DNA from: Monocercomonoides exilis PA203
Lineage: Eukaryota; Protista; Preaxostyla
DNA: 64,000 nt
Direction: 5' to 3'
NCBI GenBank assembly: GCA_001643675.2
Contig: LSRY02000010.1
Coordinates: forward strand, 1,550,001 to 1,614,000
Shown here: in pieces, positions 45,914-57,940 of the stretch
Layout of the letters: each line of letters starts with the position of its first letter
Position numbering within the stretch: the stretch's first letter is position 1
Position numbers and translations under genes: made by a program
The notes under the pieces: model-generated
Database searches by the model: none
Told to the model about the DNA's origin: nothing
What the model saw: the letters and a program-made list of their open reading frames with translations, nothing else

Positions 45914-47560
45914 TACTCATTATTGAGGAGCAAACCTGCTCCTTGCGTTTGTTGATTCGCTCTATTGCAAATCTCAAATCCTTTCAGGACCACACCATTC
46001 TCTGCTTCCTCTTCTCCTCCCCTTTTTCTCTTTCGTTTCCTTTTTTGTCGTCATCCAAGTCATTTTCCTCACTCCCACTTTCCTCGGCAAAAATACCCTC
46101 AAATGTTTCTTCTTTGCTCATTCCCCTCCCTTCATCTGCCATCCTTTCTCTTCTGTCTTTTCTCCTTCTCCCCCGCGTCTCCTTCTTCCTTTTCTTCACA
46201 ATCATTCGCATCCCACCTGCCAATTCTCCTTTTTCCAGCGAATCCACTTCACCTCCCTCTTTCTCTCCTTCTCTCTTTTGATGCCTCTTTTGCGGAATAC
46301 AATTCATCTTCAATCACATTTTCTCATGACTCTTTTGCCCCGAAGCCCGTTGATATAATATTCTCTTCGCACGGAACAACAGTCATCCATAGTTCGTTGT
46401 ATTTTTGTTTCCAGATCTTGAGGCTTCCGAAGAATTTGAAAGTTCAATTTGTTGCCTTCAAGCGAACATGAAATCCAAAAAAACAGAGACAAAAATCAAA
46501 AGGTCGAATGATTGAGGCAACTCCAATCATTCAGAAATCGAGTTGTTCAGATGGAAATATTGGCTTATCCACTCGTTTGTTCGCGTCTTCGCCTTCTTCT
46601 TGCTTCATTAGAACACTTCGCAGACTCGACTCATTGTGTTATTTCTGTTTTCCTTTCTGCGAATCTCCACTCTTTGGCGCATTCATTCTGGCTTCGGGAA
46701 GGAATAATCAGCCTCAGCCAATCTTTTCTTCCTTTTTCATTCTCTTTGTCCTCTGCCGTCTTCTCCAATTTTCTGCTGAATAAAAAGCTCGCTCAAAGCC
46801 ATGCTCTTCATCGCATTCAGCGTTTCCCGATGCTCAACAATATTGGCTGTTGTCCCTTTTCTCCAATCGACACTTCTCATTTTCCGTCTTTCAATCCTTT
46901 TTGCTGGATACATCGCTAAAACCGATTGCTCTGAATGCCATCTGTGCTTCTCCAGCGAAAGTCAATTTGTTTCTCGTGCATCGCATTTGGCTTTGCATCA
47001 GCCAGCGTCAAAACAGCAAAATCCGATTCGTGAAAAGACTTGCAAATCAAACACCATTATTCTTCTTGTGAACATGAAAGCAAATGATGTGGGTCTTCAC
47101 AAAATGAAAGAAGAGGACCAGAATTATTGTTGATGCTATCTGGGTTTCATCCAGAAACAAAAGTGTTTTTTGAGTTAACTTTTTTCTCTTCATGATCTCC
47201 AGTCGTTGCCAAAGGCGTTAAAAAACATTCAAAGAAATAATGTTAAACAGCATTTTCAAAGGATATCGAATATTCTCAATGGCTTTCAAACGAACTTTGA
47301 AGATCATTTGCCGTGTGAAAAATTGTTGCATCCACTAAGAAAAAGATGCTTCGATAAACAGATGACCAAGCATGCGCACACATGCGCAAACAAAAAATAA
47401 AATAAAATAAAGAAAAAAAGAAAAAAGAAAAAAGAAAAAATGTTTGTAAAAGAATATTGAAAAAAAGAAAAGAAAAAGAAAAAGAAAATTTCTTTTGAGA
47501 AATAAGCATTCACACAAAACACAAAAATTAGCTTTCACAACATTTTCGAAGATTATTAAA

Positions 47561-48915
47561 TCATTTGCCATTTTCTTCAAATAATTTCTTAATATCAGGA
47601 ATGAATGGATAAATATTTTGTGCAATCGCAATGTATAGGTTTCTGTCAACCAATTTGTTCATCAATTCAACAAGCACAGCGAAAACTCCGCAGTCAACTT
47701 TCACAAACATTCCAACACTTTTCAACACTCTGCTTGCAACTGCATCAGGCGATTGCTGAAATAAATCTGAGAATATCGAGAAATTGTTATTATTATTATT
47801 TATTTATTTATTTTTTTGAAAAAAAAGAAACACAATCGCAAATGCACACTAATCAAATCCATAACAAAAAAACGCGGGATTCTGTCATGAAACTTCGTTT
47901 TCACAGAGCCTGGACGGATTGAAACAACATCTATCTTCAAGCCTGAAACATTAAAAATTTTGAAAAACAGAGCATGAAAAGACGAGAAGAATGGACTGTG
48001 GAAGTTGAAATCGGATGCACACATGAAGCTTCCAAAGACAAGCATTCGCCAAAATGATCCAAATATGCTTTTGTTGCTGAGTACACCGCGTTATATGGGC
48101 TCACAAAACATCCTGTCACTGACGATGTGAATATCACACATCCTCTGCGCCATTTCCTTCCATCAAAATGAGGCCTTCGCTTCGCCAAAATGGGGAAAAG
48201 CGCATTTATAAGGTGCTGATGCCCAACAATGTTCGAGTGAAACATGTGCAAAGTTGATGCACTCGGATTGGATGCACTCTAAAAGATATCCATCATTTTT
48301 TTTTTCAAAAGACAGAAAATATAATTTCGGATGTTTCCTTGTGCCAAACCTCAAATAATCCATATCCAGCATTCACAACAATTGCGCTGATATCGAGCCC
48401 GCCAATTTGATTCAGCACTGTCTTTGCCAAAATGTTTGGATCCTTTGAGAGATCTGCGCAGATTAAACAAACTTGGATGGTTGGGAACCTTCCGAAAAAA
48501 AAAAGAAGAAGAAGAAGAAAAATCTTCAAAATAAATCACAAAATAAAATCTCAATTTGACACACAAATTGTTGAGAATTGCTTTGGCATTTTTCAGATTC
48601 TGCTCCGTTTCTGATAAAATGATAAGATTCATTCCCTTCGGAACAATGATTCATAAGCACCCAATTTCAACTCTTTCACTTCAATGGCGCATTCAAAAAG
48701 AAGCAACAAAATACTTGTCGGCCCAGCTTTTTCGCAAGCGAAAGTCCGATTCCCGACGAACCTCCTGTGATAAATGCCCACGAACGCCCATATCGTTTGA
48801 CAAAATTTGTTTCCCTCGCAAATAAAATGGCTAGCTGGGGAAGAAGATACGCAGCAATAGAAACAAAAAATACAAAGCCACAACAAGAAAATAAAATATG
48901 AAATATTTGAAGCAT
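47561..48915 (-). CDS. Short-chain dehydrogenase/reductase, 6 exons (mirror of 12671-14025)
   Basis: Same motifs and splice sites, with a few substitutions. Confidence 0.88.
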
Positions 48916-49627
48916 TTAATTATTGGATGAACTGATCAAATCAAGAATTTTGTTGGATTAAAAGCTTTCTATTCAAATATATCATCGGCAAAATAATCCA
49001 CAATTGAAAAATCAAAAAGATTTTTTATTAAAAAAAAAGAAAAGGAAAAATCACTTTTGGGAAAGAATTATTGAAAATCCGTTTCAAATCCAATGAGTTC
49101 AACATTTTTTTTTAATTTCCCGTTGAATTTCACATGAGAGCGAATGAGTTTTTGTGAATTGAAAATGAATCATTTATTCGATTGCAAATTCTGTTGTTTC
49201 TTTTGAAAAAAGAAATATCAGGAAGAATTTCTCTTGAAAATAAAAATACTTCTGATGAATTGAAAAATATCGCAGTTATTGCGAAATGAATATTTTCATT
49301 TCAAGATAACCGACACGTTTCCCAACTCAACAAGCTGGTGGTGTGTTTGTGCTAATTGTTTCACAGGAAGAGTGAACAAGAATAATTATTGTGAGGTACA
49401 TACAGATATATAACACTCGTTAACATCAACAAAAGAAGACATTTCGTGATAGAAAAACGAAAAGGATGAAACAAAAAATTGAAAAATATGCCAAACGAAT
49501 AAAAAAAAGAAAAAAGAAAAGAAAAGAAAAAATAAAAATTGTTGAATACACACACACGCAAAAGATAAAATGCAAAATGCACTTTAATAAAAAAATAGAT
49601 ATATAATATTTTTTCCCCCATTCCAGC

Positions 49628-52600
49628 TCATTTCCCATTAACAAGCAGTGTCTTCGAATTGCTCCTCCCAGACTCATCGCTTTCTTTGCTCTCTTCGTTT
49701 TCTCTCTGGCAACCCGAAAAACATTCATAATCAACCGCATCTGAAATCGTAACAATCACTGCCCCCGGCGGAAATCGCTGGATGAACTCCCGCTTCAACT
49801 CCATCAGCTTCGGCCGATCTTTTGCTTCTTGGCTCAAACACGACTTCACACACTCAAACAACGACGAATCCCTTTCTGCCCCATGCACAGGCCTCTCCCC
49901 ATTCGCAATCTTCTGCCCAGCCAGCTCGGCCGCATACTCCCCAAACGGTATCTCCAGCGTCAGGCACTCCCACAGCATCATCCCAATCGAAAACGCCACC
50001 GACTTCTTCGTTGCTCTCATCTTCTTGTTCATTTGCAGTTCAGGCGCCTTCCACCGCAAACACTCTTTTATGTCATCGTCGTCCTCTTCAAACGCAGACG
50101 ACGGAGGAGGCGACCCTCTTCCATTTCTACTCGCTCTTGAGCAATCAGACGTTGATGTGGCAATCGAACACGACGAAATGGACGACGACGAGTCTGAATC
50201 ATCTGAGGAGCAGTCAAAGTGGAGGACAATGCAGATCACCATGTGCTCTGAGAACAGCACAACAAGCGAACTAAGACTGCTCAATGACTGCAGCTCATTC
50301 TCTGTTTCGTCAAACGAGTGAATTGCTCCATTCGCCACCCAGAATAGGATCTGCGCAGCTGTCTGCTCCCTCTCCTCCAAAGTGCCGATCGCCATCTCTT
50401 TCTTCTCGTTCCTCCCATGAAGCAGCATGAACAGCGAATCCCTCAGATCCACAATCAGTTTCTCGTGAGGCGATGAGCATGCCATTGCATCTACCAGATT
50501 CGACATCGATGAGGTGGTTGGACAAAGACTTTCTGTTCTGACAAATGTTGTATTTGAATCAGTTGAGCAAGTTGAAGAAATTGATGGCGATGGTGTTCTT
50601 TTTCTTGTCTCTTCTTCTTTTTCGTCCACCTTCTCTAGCATCCATTCAGGAATCTTGTCTGAGTCTTTTCCCAAGATATATTCTGTTGATCCGCTTTCAG
50701 ACAGCAAATACTCTTCTGACTCTGAATGCACCATCTCCTTCCCATTCATTCTCTTCTTTATTCTCTCTTCATTTTTCTTTTCTGCTTCTCTCTCAGCTCT
50801 TCGCCACTGCTCTTCTGGTGACATCTCCATCGTCACCATCTCAATCAGCTTCGGATCTTTTCTGATGTTGTCTTCCACAATTATCTCCAATTCTTCCGTT
50901 CTTCTCTTTTGCTTCTTCCATCGAACAATATAGGCAACTGCAACAATAAGTACGATCAAAAACAAAACAATAAATATAACAGCAATAATTAAAGCCCATG
51001 ATTTTCCTTCTTTTCCTCCCTCAACAAGATTTCCTTCTCCATCTGGCTCAGAATTGCTTCTGTTCTTCAGAACAAATGAATCAGTGGCTGATGGAAAATC
51101 AGCTTTCCCAAACAAAATGCACACCCTCACTTCTGCTTCACTTGGCACACCTTCAATTGTCTTGGCAGGAACAAACCCATGCACCTCTTCCTCTGATATG
51201 AAACCGCTTGCATCAAACAAATATTTCTCAGCCATCTCCTCATCCCCAATCGCTGCAACTGTCTTGAACGAGAGGTTGCAAGGGAGGAGAACCGATCCTC
51301 TGTACACAACGTCCACCTTCTCCCCTGACTTTTCAGATGTCACACTCTCCACTTTCGGGATGAAAAACGCAGATGCCCTTTCTTTCGCTATTCCTTCCAG
51401 CATACATCCTTCGTCCAATATCCACAGCGAGGTGTTGTCTTTCAATCCGTCTCCTCCCTTCAAACTCGTCACTTTCAATTTTGCTGAGTCTCCACACAGA
51501 ATGTTTCTTCGTGCTGATCCATAATTCGCTATTGATGGATTGTTGTTCATGAATTCTCCTTTCTCAATTTCCACACTTCCTCCTGACAAGGAAAGCCCTC
51601 CATTTTCTGAATTTGCCAAAGTCGAGTCCTTCATCAATCCGGAGCAATTCTGAAGATCAACCATCGACCCATTCCATCGGCACAGATTATCGAGTGAATC
51701 TTCGTTGACTCCAAACTGTTGCGCGCCTGTTGCTCCGTCAAACGAACATGAAGATAAGTTAACATCCGTTAAATCCGTCAAAGTCGCAATTCTCCCTTTG
51801 TCTGAGGATGAGATGCATTTGTGGCTGGTGCAGTTCTCCAACTCCACCAATAAAGACGAAGACGAAGATGAAGCAGCCAAGCAGCACGGGCCAAATGATT
51901 CTCTCGTTATGTTTTGATATGATGACTGCTTCAGCCGGAATGTCGACGCATTTGATGCCACACTCACAGCACATCCTTCCTTAAGCATCGCTCTGGAAAT
52001 GGCCAAGAAATTCATCTCGACATTTGCATCTGTGCATTCAACAGAAAGCAAAGAACCAGACAGCACAGATATGGCATCGAAGTCCGAATGATAGCACTGG
52101 ATGTTTGAATGATCTCCTGAACCGTCTGAGGAAAACGCAATCAAGCTTGCTTTGCTCTCTGCATTTCGGATTTGAACCTTCTGCAGCTGGGAGTCTTTGC
52201 AGTTGTGAAGGAGAAGGGCGGATTGTTCAAGTGCGCAACTGGAAATAAGCACCTGCTGCATCGAGAGGTTTGTCAGATTGCGGAAGTCCAACAACACACC
52301 AGAATTCACATCAGAAATGTTCAAGTTCGTAAATGAGCAATATTGTCCGCCTCTTGCTGCCACGCACGAAGAACCGAGACGGAGAAAGGCAAAAGTGCAT
52401 CCGTTGATCGATAGCCTGCCATTCTCCACGAGAACGATGGAGCAGTTCAGTCTCATTTCGGAGTTTCTGCTCCAATCTTCTTGAGCAAATGCTGTATCTG
52501 CAATAGACAAGCTGCCATCAGCCAGCAATAACAAGCTGGAATGAGGAGAAGAAAAAGCGCTCCCAAACAAAAACGTGAGAAATTCCATTTTCACTCTCGA

Positions 52601-55600
52601 CGAGCACGAAACGAGGCTTTTCGTCTTGCTTCCGATGCTGCTGTTCAGCACAACATTCCCCCTGGCGCCTTCCGCATCCAGCGACTTGATCGAGACATCG
52701 CAAGCGCTTGCTTCTCCTGTCACCTCAGCGCTTTTGTCAATCAGCAAATTGCTGTAAACTGAAGGAATGACGTGTGCCAGCGCAACATTCAGCGAAATGC
52801 ACGGTTCGCTCATTGCACCACACTGGCGCGTGTCAGAGGCATTGTCCGCTGAAGAAGATGCAAATATCGTCTCGCTCTGATACACAACCACAAGCAGCAA
52901 CAGATCTTGCTCGTCTCCATAGTCGGGTGCTGTGCATCCCCACATCGCAAGATCCCGGACAAACGGTGCTCTGAAATCGAGCTCAAACAGCTCGGCGCCT
53001 ATTTGAGTTTTCACATTCGCGCATTTCACATACACGTCTCTTCCCACAAATGCTTTGTTCTCCATGAACGTGGTGTTTTTCAGCAGGAAAGGAAGCAGGC
53101 CATCTCTTGTGATCGAAGAGCAGTCCAGGAATATCGCGCCTCCTCTTCCAGTCGCCGAACAGAAACAGCCTGAGACTGTGGAAAAACGGATCTCAAAAAA
53201 CCCTCCTTCGCTCAATTTCATCATCATTCCTCCGCCGCTCTCGCTCTGGCTGCTTCCACAATTCTTGATCGACGTGTTTTGCACAGACACGCTGGAAGGC
53301 TTGCTGCCGGTGCAGCTGATGACGGATGGCTCAGAAGGAGCACTTTGGAGAAGCGAATGGAGCGTGCAGCATTTCAGCTGAACTGTCGGACCTTTGTCTT
53401 CATTCAATTCCAGTGGCTCGTCTTGCAATTTGCCCTGCCCCAGCACAGACACAATGCTTTTGCCCATCAGCTCTATGTTGCTCATCGAAACATTCGTCAA
53501 GTCAATGCTGCTGCCATGCGATGCCATCAGAATGTGACTTTCGGCTTGGATGGATTGGAACGAGCAGAATGATAATTCGCATGTTCCAGACAGGCAGGCT
53601 ATGATGCAATAATGAATGGAGGTGGAGGAGACCCTGGTGAAGGAGCAGCCTTGAGCAGCAAAGGAGCTGCCAGCCGTGCTTATCAGCTTCGTCTGCCTCC
53701 ACCCAGAGCCATCCCCGCAGCAGACCTCAATGTTCATCAAGGAGCTTTTTTCATTGTTTGCAAGCACACAATCGCCTGCTTCTGGCTTTTCTGCCTGAGG
53801 TGAAATGGCTGCTCCAAAAGTCAGAGTTGTGCATGACCCTGTATCAGCAGAGGTCAAAATTACGTTTGAAATGTCCATCTCGCTGTTCACCTGAGCTTCA
53901 TCGATGATCACGAAAGTGTTCATGCTTGGTTGCGCTGGATCTTCCAAAGCACGAAAATGCTTCTGCCCATACTCCATTGTTGCGCATGGCTCTTCTCCAC
54001 TCCCACACCGCAGAACATCCCACCCGCTGTTCTTGCTGAGATGGATTTCCTGAGAAGCAAATCCAATCAGAAATCGGCACAGATCGAAGTTTGTTTTTGT
54101 GGTGTCGTTCCCCACGAGCAGATTTGTATCGCTTGCTGTCTCACTCACTTCAAACGCCAATGTCTGCTTTGTGATGGAAACGTTCAGGTCTGACGAGAGA
54201 AAGAACATGTTTTTCCCGTGCTTTGCAGAGCACTGATCGAAGGTTATCTGCTGGAAGGAGAACGCATTGGAAGCCGAGCAGTCGAAATAGATGCCTCCTC
54301 CCTTTCCACCTGTTTCACTTTCAGCACAGCATTTTGTAAATGTGGCGTTCTCCATCACAAACTGACCTTGCGTCTCAACAACAATTTTCATCGCACCTCC
54401 TTCCATGCTCTGGGTGCCTTTGGCATTCGTGACATTCCAGTGCAAACACTCAACATGGCTCGAAATAGAGGATGAAATCAACACAGCGCTGTCTGCATTG
54501 CCATTAGCTATCCCCGAAAAAGTGCATTGTGTAAGACAGACAGTCTTGTCGCTCGTTGTTCCCTCGTTCAATAGTTTGGATGTTGACGATGGAATCACAC
54601 CGATGAGAGGCTGATCGCTGATGTCTGTGTTCTTCACATTCAATGAAATAATCGTTGTTGGGGTGCTGGCTGCGTTTTCGCTCACTGCGATAGGCGTATG
54701 CTGAAGATTCGCTGAATCAATCTGACAGTTGTCCATATTGAGGATTCCTCCGCTCATCTGAAACAGCCTGTAACCTATCTGGCTGACCTCGCCCTGCTGC
54801 ATCTCGAATGCGCACTTTGTCAGCGACAGGTTGCTCTCAGAAGTCAAGGATATTAACGTTTCGATCTCAGCATCAAACGAAGAAGGAAGCAAAAAGCGGA
54901 TTAGCTCGATGGATGCATTCCCCGTGGCTGCCATCGCTTTTCCAGTCAGAGCATTCAGTGATTTTGTGCAGGTTATTCCAGCTTTTGAAGCGTTTGACGA
55001 CCTCAAGATTAAATCTGGCTGTTTCAGTTCGCTCTCAATTATCACTGATTCAACGACAGCTATTGCCTTTGCATTTTCCTCTTCCAGTCTCTCCATGCAA
55101 TAATCAATCGACTGGCACGGATAATCAGAAAACCCACACACTACAGTATCAGCTCCATCCTCGCTTCCAACATGGATTGTGCTTCCAACTTCCTCCAGAA
55201 ACAGAACCAACGGAATCGAATGCTCACGATCATTTCCATTGAACCCACGCAAATCATCAAAGGAGCTGTGTCCCAATGAACAAGCAAAAGGAAGCGTTTC
55301 TTTTGTGATCGATTCCTTCAGGTTCGGGGATTGAACAAACAAGTCGTTTCCATGCTTCGCTTTGTTTGGCTTTTCTGACGAAAAAGAAGGAGCTGTGATG
55401 GCAAATCCTGCATCGGAGTGCTCAAGATCCAGAAAGATCCCTCCCCCGAATCCCTCCTGCGAACCGAAAGGCGCCTCGCACTCTTCGAACGAACATCCAG
55501 AAATTGTTGCTGAACATGTGCTTGGCAGCGAGAGGAACAGCGCCCCACCTCCATTTCCATCCCCAGAAACAACGCAATGCTCAAAGATGCATCCGCTTAT

Positions 55601-57940
55601 TGAAGCTTCGCAACCATTCTCTGACCCTTCGCTCCAAACAGCATTCAGGCATCCTCCGTTCTGCTCGCTCTCAACATCCCAAAAAGAAGCATTCGAAAGA
55701 GAGACAGATTTGCAATCCGACAAAACAATTGCACAGCCTTGCGAAAATCCAAACCCAGAGACATTCACAAATTTCATCGTCAACGAACCTTCTTCAACTT
55801 GAATCACTGATTTTATTGATGGCGGAGTCGATTGGGAGCTTTTCGCAAAACTGCACATCTCCAGCTCAAGCAACCCAGAGGAGCCAATTGCAATTGCAAA
55901 TCGGTTGAACACGCAAACAAAGGAGATCCTCTTTGCATTCAGCGAACCATTCCCAATGGAGATCAAGCAGTCGTTTGACGAGGCTTCGCGACACTTTATT
56001 ACCGATGAGTTGTTCTCTGCTCCGCTGAGAACGATATTCCTCCAGTCAATGTCAATCATATTTTCTTCGAATTCTTCACTGGCCATAAAAACATTCTGCC
56101 CCAAATATGAATTCCATCTTGTCACTCCATACTCCACCGTTTGGCATTCTGAACCTGTTCCTCCACAAGTGTTCACATTGTTTCCTGAATTGCTGATGTG
56201 TATTTCTGGCTGAGGAGCTGGAAGATATGAGTCATACACAACACCTTTGTCTCCGCATGCCTGTGCATATTCAACACATTGCACAACTTTTCTTTGGGCC
56301 GTTGAAAGAGTCAAACATTGCAATATCTGACATGTGTTATCAGCCAAGCTAAATCCAGGTCCAATAAAAATATCTGCTGCCTGCATAGATCTCTGCACCG
56401 TATTGTTTTCAAACAAGCAAAATTGGATTTTGAGATTCTTTTTATAATAATTAAACGACATATCAATTCCACTTGCACCTTGTGGAGCATCTCCTTTTAA
56501 TAAATAACAATTTGATATCACAAAATCAGTTCTTGGTTCTTGAAGAAAGACTGTTCCAGCATAACATTTGACTGTTCTGCTGTTTTTGAATACAGAGTTT
56601 AAAAGTGATCCCCACACTCCTTCATCCCAAGCAACACTTCCTCCATAAATTGCTGAACAATTTTCAAAAGAACAGCCAATTACAATAGATAAATTATTTG
56701 TTATTTGAGCAAATGCTCCACCAATTGTCCATTCTCTCGCTCCTCTACAATTATTAAAAATTGAATTTTCAATGTTGCAATCACTTCCATCGCTAAAAAT
56801 TGCACCTCCATGGCCATACATATCTGAAAACGTATTATAGCATCCGAAAAAAATACATTTCCCAACAGTGAGCTTTGCACTGCCACTAACAAAAATTGCA
56901 CCACCATTAGCAGCGCTGCATTCGGTAAAGTTGCAATCTTCAAATTTTATTTCTCCTTCTGAAAATGACTGCGCTCTATCCGTGAAGTTCTGATGAGAAA
57001 TGGTGTTTTTCGAACGAATGAAAGAAGTGTTCGAGGAGCCAAAGCCACATCCACGAGAGCCAGAGATGAGAACTCCATAAAACGGGCAAACGCAATCAGT
57101 GACAGCGCAGCCTTCAATTTTGCTCTCTTGCAAAGAATGCTTTTCCTTCAGGTGTTTGGTGCTGCTCTGAACAGATATATTGTGGAAGCTGCAAAAAGAA
57201 GCCGAAGCAAATGACAAATCCACATCTCCAATGAACGGATTCGCAAGCGAGGCACAAAACGAAGAAAATGTGCAGCTCAAAACATGGGCATTTCCTGTCA
57301 AAGGAAGCGAGCAGGGGCTTGCTGAGACAAGAGATGGCCACGCTTGCTGTGGAAAATGCCTTTGAAAAGATATATTCGCCATTCGTATTGTTCCCCCTGC
57401 ACACTCAAAAGCAGAATGTTCAGTTTCTGTCTCCACACTTATAATGCAATCTCTAACAAACAATCTGGACAATTCGTTTCTCACAGAAATGGCAGAAGCG
57501 ATTTTCTGGATGATATTTATTTGCTCAACGGCCAACGACGAGTTCAGAACAGTCATTCTGCTGCAAATAGTGCTCTGCTCATTCATATTATTGTTGAGTG
57601 TGCCAGCAAGAAAGTTATGATCAAATGCCCTCTCTGAATCCTCCTGCAATCGTTTTATGCTCTTTTCTGTATTTTGCGACCACCCAGATGAATCAAACTC
57701 CTGCAGCTCATTACACTTCGCCACATTGATTGCATCCACTCTGTGCGGAAAGGGCGCATTTTTGCTTGCCTCATGAGTTTCTCCTAACCTCCCAATGCTA
57801 TAATCTTGAAAATCAGCTTTTTTGAATGCATCTGCTTTGTAGCCCGTTTCTTCGTTGCAGTAAATTGTGTGCACAATTATGGAAACACTAAAACTTGCGA
57901 AAAGCAAGGATCCTGCTCTTCCTTTCCAACGCAACAACAT
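49628..57940 (-). CDS. 2770-aa surface protein with TM helix and degenerate kinase-like tail (paralog of 3634-11958)
   Basis: Uninterrupted ORF with the same architecture. Only in-frame indels relative to the left copy. Confidence 0.9.
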   Translation of the reverse strand: MLLRWKGRAGSLLFASFSVSIIVHTIYCNEETGYKADAFKKADFQDYSIGRLGETHEASKNAPFPHRVDAINVAKCNELQEFDSSGWSQNTEKSIKRLQEDSERAFDHNFLAGTLNNNMNEQSTICSRMTVLNSSLAVEQINIIQKIASAISVRNELSRLFVRDCIISVETETEHSAFECAGGTIRMANISFQRHFPQQAWPSLVSASPCSLPLTGNAHVLSCTFSSFCASLANPFIGDVDLSFASASFCSFHNISVQSSTKHLKEKHSLQESKIEGCAVTDCVCPFYGVLISGSRGCGFGSSNTSFIRSKNTISHQNFTDRAQSFSEGEIKFEDCNFTECSAANGGAIFVSGSAKLTVGKCIFFGCYNTFSDMYGHGGAIFSDGSDCNIENSIFNNCRGAREWTIGGAFAQITNNLSIVIGCSFENCSAIYGGSVAWDEGVWGSLLNSVFKNSRTVKCYAGTVFLQEPRTDFVISNCYLLKGDAPQGASGIDMSFNYYKKNLKIQFCLFENNTVQRSMQAADIFIGPGFSLADNTCQILQCLTLSTAQRKVVQCVEYAQACGDKGVVYDSYLPAPQPEIHISNSGNNVNTCGGTGSECQTVEYGVTRWNSYLGQNVFMASEEFEENMIDIDWRNIVLSGAENNSSVIKCREASSNDCLISIGNGSLNAKRISFVCVFNRFAIAIGSSGLLELEMCSFAKSSQSTPPSIKSVIQVEEGSLTMKFVNVSGFGFSQGCAIVLSDCKSVSLSNASFWDVESEQNGGCLNAVWSEGSENGCEASISGCIFEHCVVSGDGNGGGALFLSLPSTCSATISGCSFEECEAPFGSQEGFGGGIFLDLEHSDAGFAITAPSFSSEKPNKAKHGNDLFVQSPNLKESITKETLPFACSLGHSSFDDLRGFNGNDREHSIPLVLFLEEVGSTIHVGSEDGADTVVCGFSDYPCQSIDYCMERLEEENAKAIAVVESVIIESELKQPDLILRSSNASKAGITCTKSLNALTGKAMAATGNASIELIRFLLPSSFDAEIETLISLTSESNLSLTKCAFEMQQGEVSQIGYRLFQMSGGILNMDNCQIDSANLQHTPIAVSENAASTPTTIISLNVKNTDISDQPLIGVIPSSTSKLLNEGTTSDKTVCLTQCTFSGIANGNADSAVLISSSISSHVECLHWNVTNAKGTQSMEGGAMKIVVETQGQFVMENATFTKCCAESETGGKGGGIYFDCSASNAFSFQQITFDQCSAKHGKNMFFLSSDLNVSITKQTLAFEVSETASDTNLLVGNDTTKTNFDLCRFLIGFASQEIHLSKNSGWDVLRCGSGEEPCATMEYGQKHFRALEDPAQPSMNTFVIIDEAQVNSEMDISNVILTSADTGSCTTLTFGAAISPQAEKPEAGDCVLANNEKSSLMNIEVCCGDGSGWRQTKLISTAGSSFAAQGCSFTRVSSTSIHYCIIACLSGTCELSFCSFQSIQAESHILMASHGSSIDLTNVSMSNIELMGKSIVSVLGQGKLQDEPLELNEDKGPTVQLKCCTLHSLLQSAPSEPSVISCTGSKPSSVSVQNTSIKNCGSSQSESGGGMMMKLSEGGFFEIRFSTVSGCFCSATGRGGAIFLDCSSITRDGLLPFLLKNTTFMENKAFVGRDVYVKCANVKTQIGAELFELDFRAPFVRDLAMWGCTAPDYGDEQDLLLLVVVYQSETIFASSSADNASDTRQCGAMSEPCISLNVALAHVIPSVYSNLLIDKSAEVTGEASACDVSIKSLDAEGARGNVVLNSSIGSKTKSLVSCSSRVKMEFLTFLFGSAFSSPHSSLLLLADGSLSIADTAFAQEDWSRNSEMRLNCSIVLVENGRLSINGCTFAFLRLGSSCVAARGGQYCSFTNLNISDVNSGVLLDFRNLTNLSMQQVLISSCALEQSALLLHNCKDSQLQKVQIRNAESKASLIAFSSDGSGDHSNIQCYHSDFDAISVLSGSLLSVECTDANVEMNFLAISRAMLKEGCAVSVASNASTFRLKQSSYQNITRESFGPCCLAASSSSSSLLVELENCTSHKCISSSDKGRIATLTDLTDVNLSSCSFDGATGAQQFGVNEDSLDNLCRWNGSMVDLQNCSGLMKDSTLANSENGGLSLSGGSVEIEKGEFMNNNPSIANYGSARRNILCGDSAKLKVTSLKGGDGLKDNTSLWILDEGCMLEGIAKERASAFFIPKVESVTSEKSGEKVDVVYRGSVLLPCNLSFKTVAAIGDEEMAEKYLFDASGFISEEEVHGFVPAKTIEGVPSEAEVRVCILFGKADFPSATDSFVLKNRSNSEPDGEGNLVEGGKEGKSWALIIAVIFIVLFLIVLIVAVAYIVRWKKQKRRTEELEIIVEDNIRKDPKLIEMVTMEMSPEEQWRRAEREAEKKNEERIKKRMNGKEMVHSESEEYLLSESGSTEYILGKDSDKIPEWMLEKVDEKEEETRKRTPSPSISSTCSTDSNTTFVRTESLCPTTSSMSNLVDAMACSSPHEKLIVDLRDSLFMLLHGRNEKKEMAIGTLEEREQTAAQILFWVANGAIHSFDETENELQSLSSLSSLVVLFSEHMVICIVLHFDCSSDDSDSSSSISSCSIATSTSDCSRASRNGRGSPPPSSAFEEDDDDIKECLRWKAPELQMNKKMRATKKSVAFSIGMMLWECLTLEIPFGEYAAELAGQKIANGERPVHGAERDSSLFECVKSCLSQEAKDRPKLMELKREFIQRFPPGAVIVTISDAVDYECFSGCQRENEESKESDESGRSNSKTLLVNGK

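Larger units (their letters stand above)
39784..45972 (-). mobile_element. DIRS-type tyrosine-recombinase retrotransposon, family 1, with both ITRs and ICR; ORFs decayed
   Basis: RT at 43127-43579 (LGMPFGAKDAP, YLDD), RNase H at 42209-42865 (TDN, HLPG, ADAFS), YR remnants at ~41200-41950. The 3' ITR at 39806-39870 matches the 5' ITR (split by a MITE at 45464-45913). The ICR at 40445-40541 is complementary to both termini. Confidence 0.95.
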
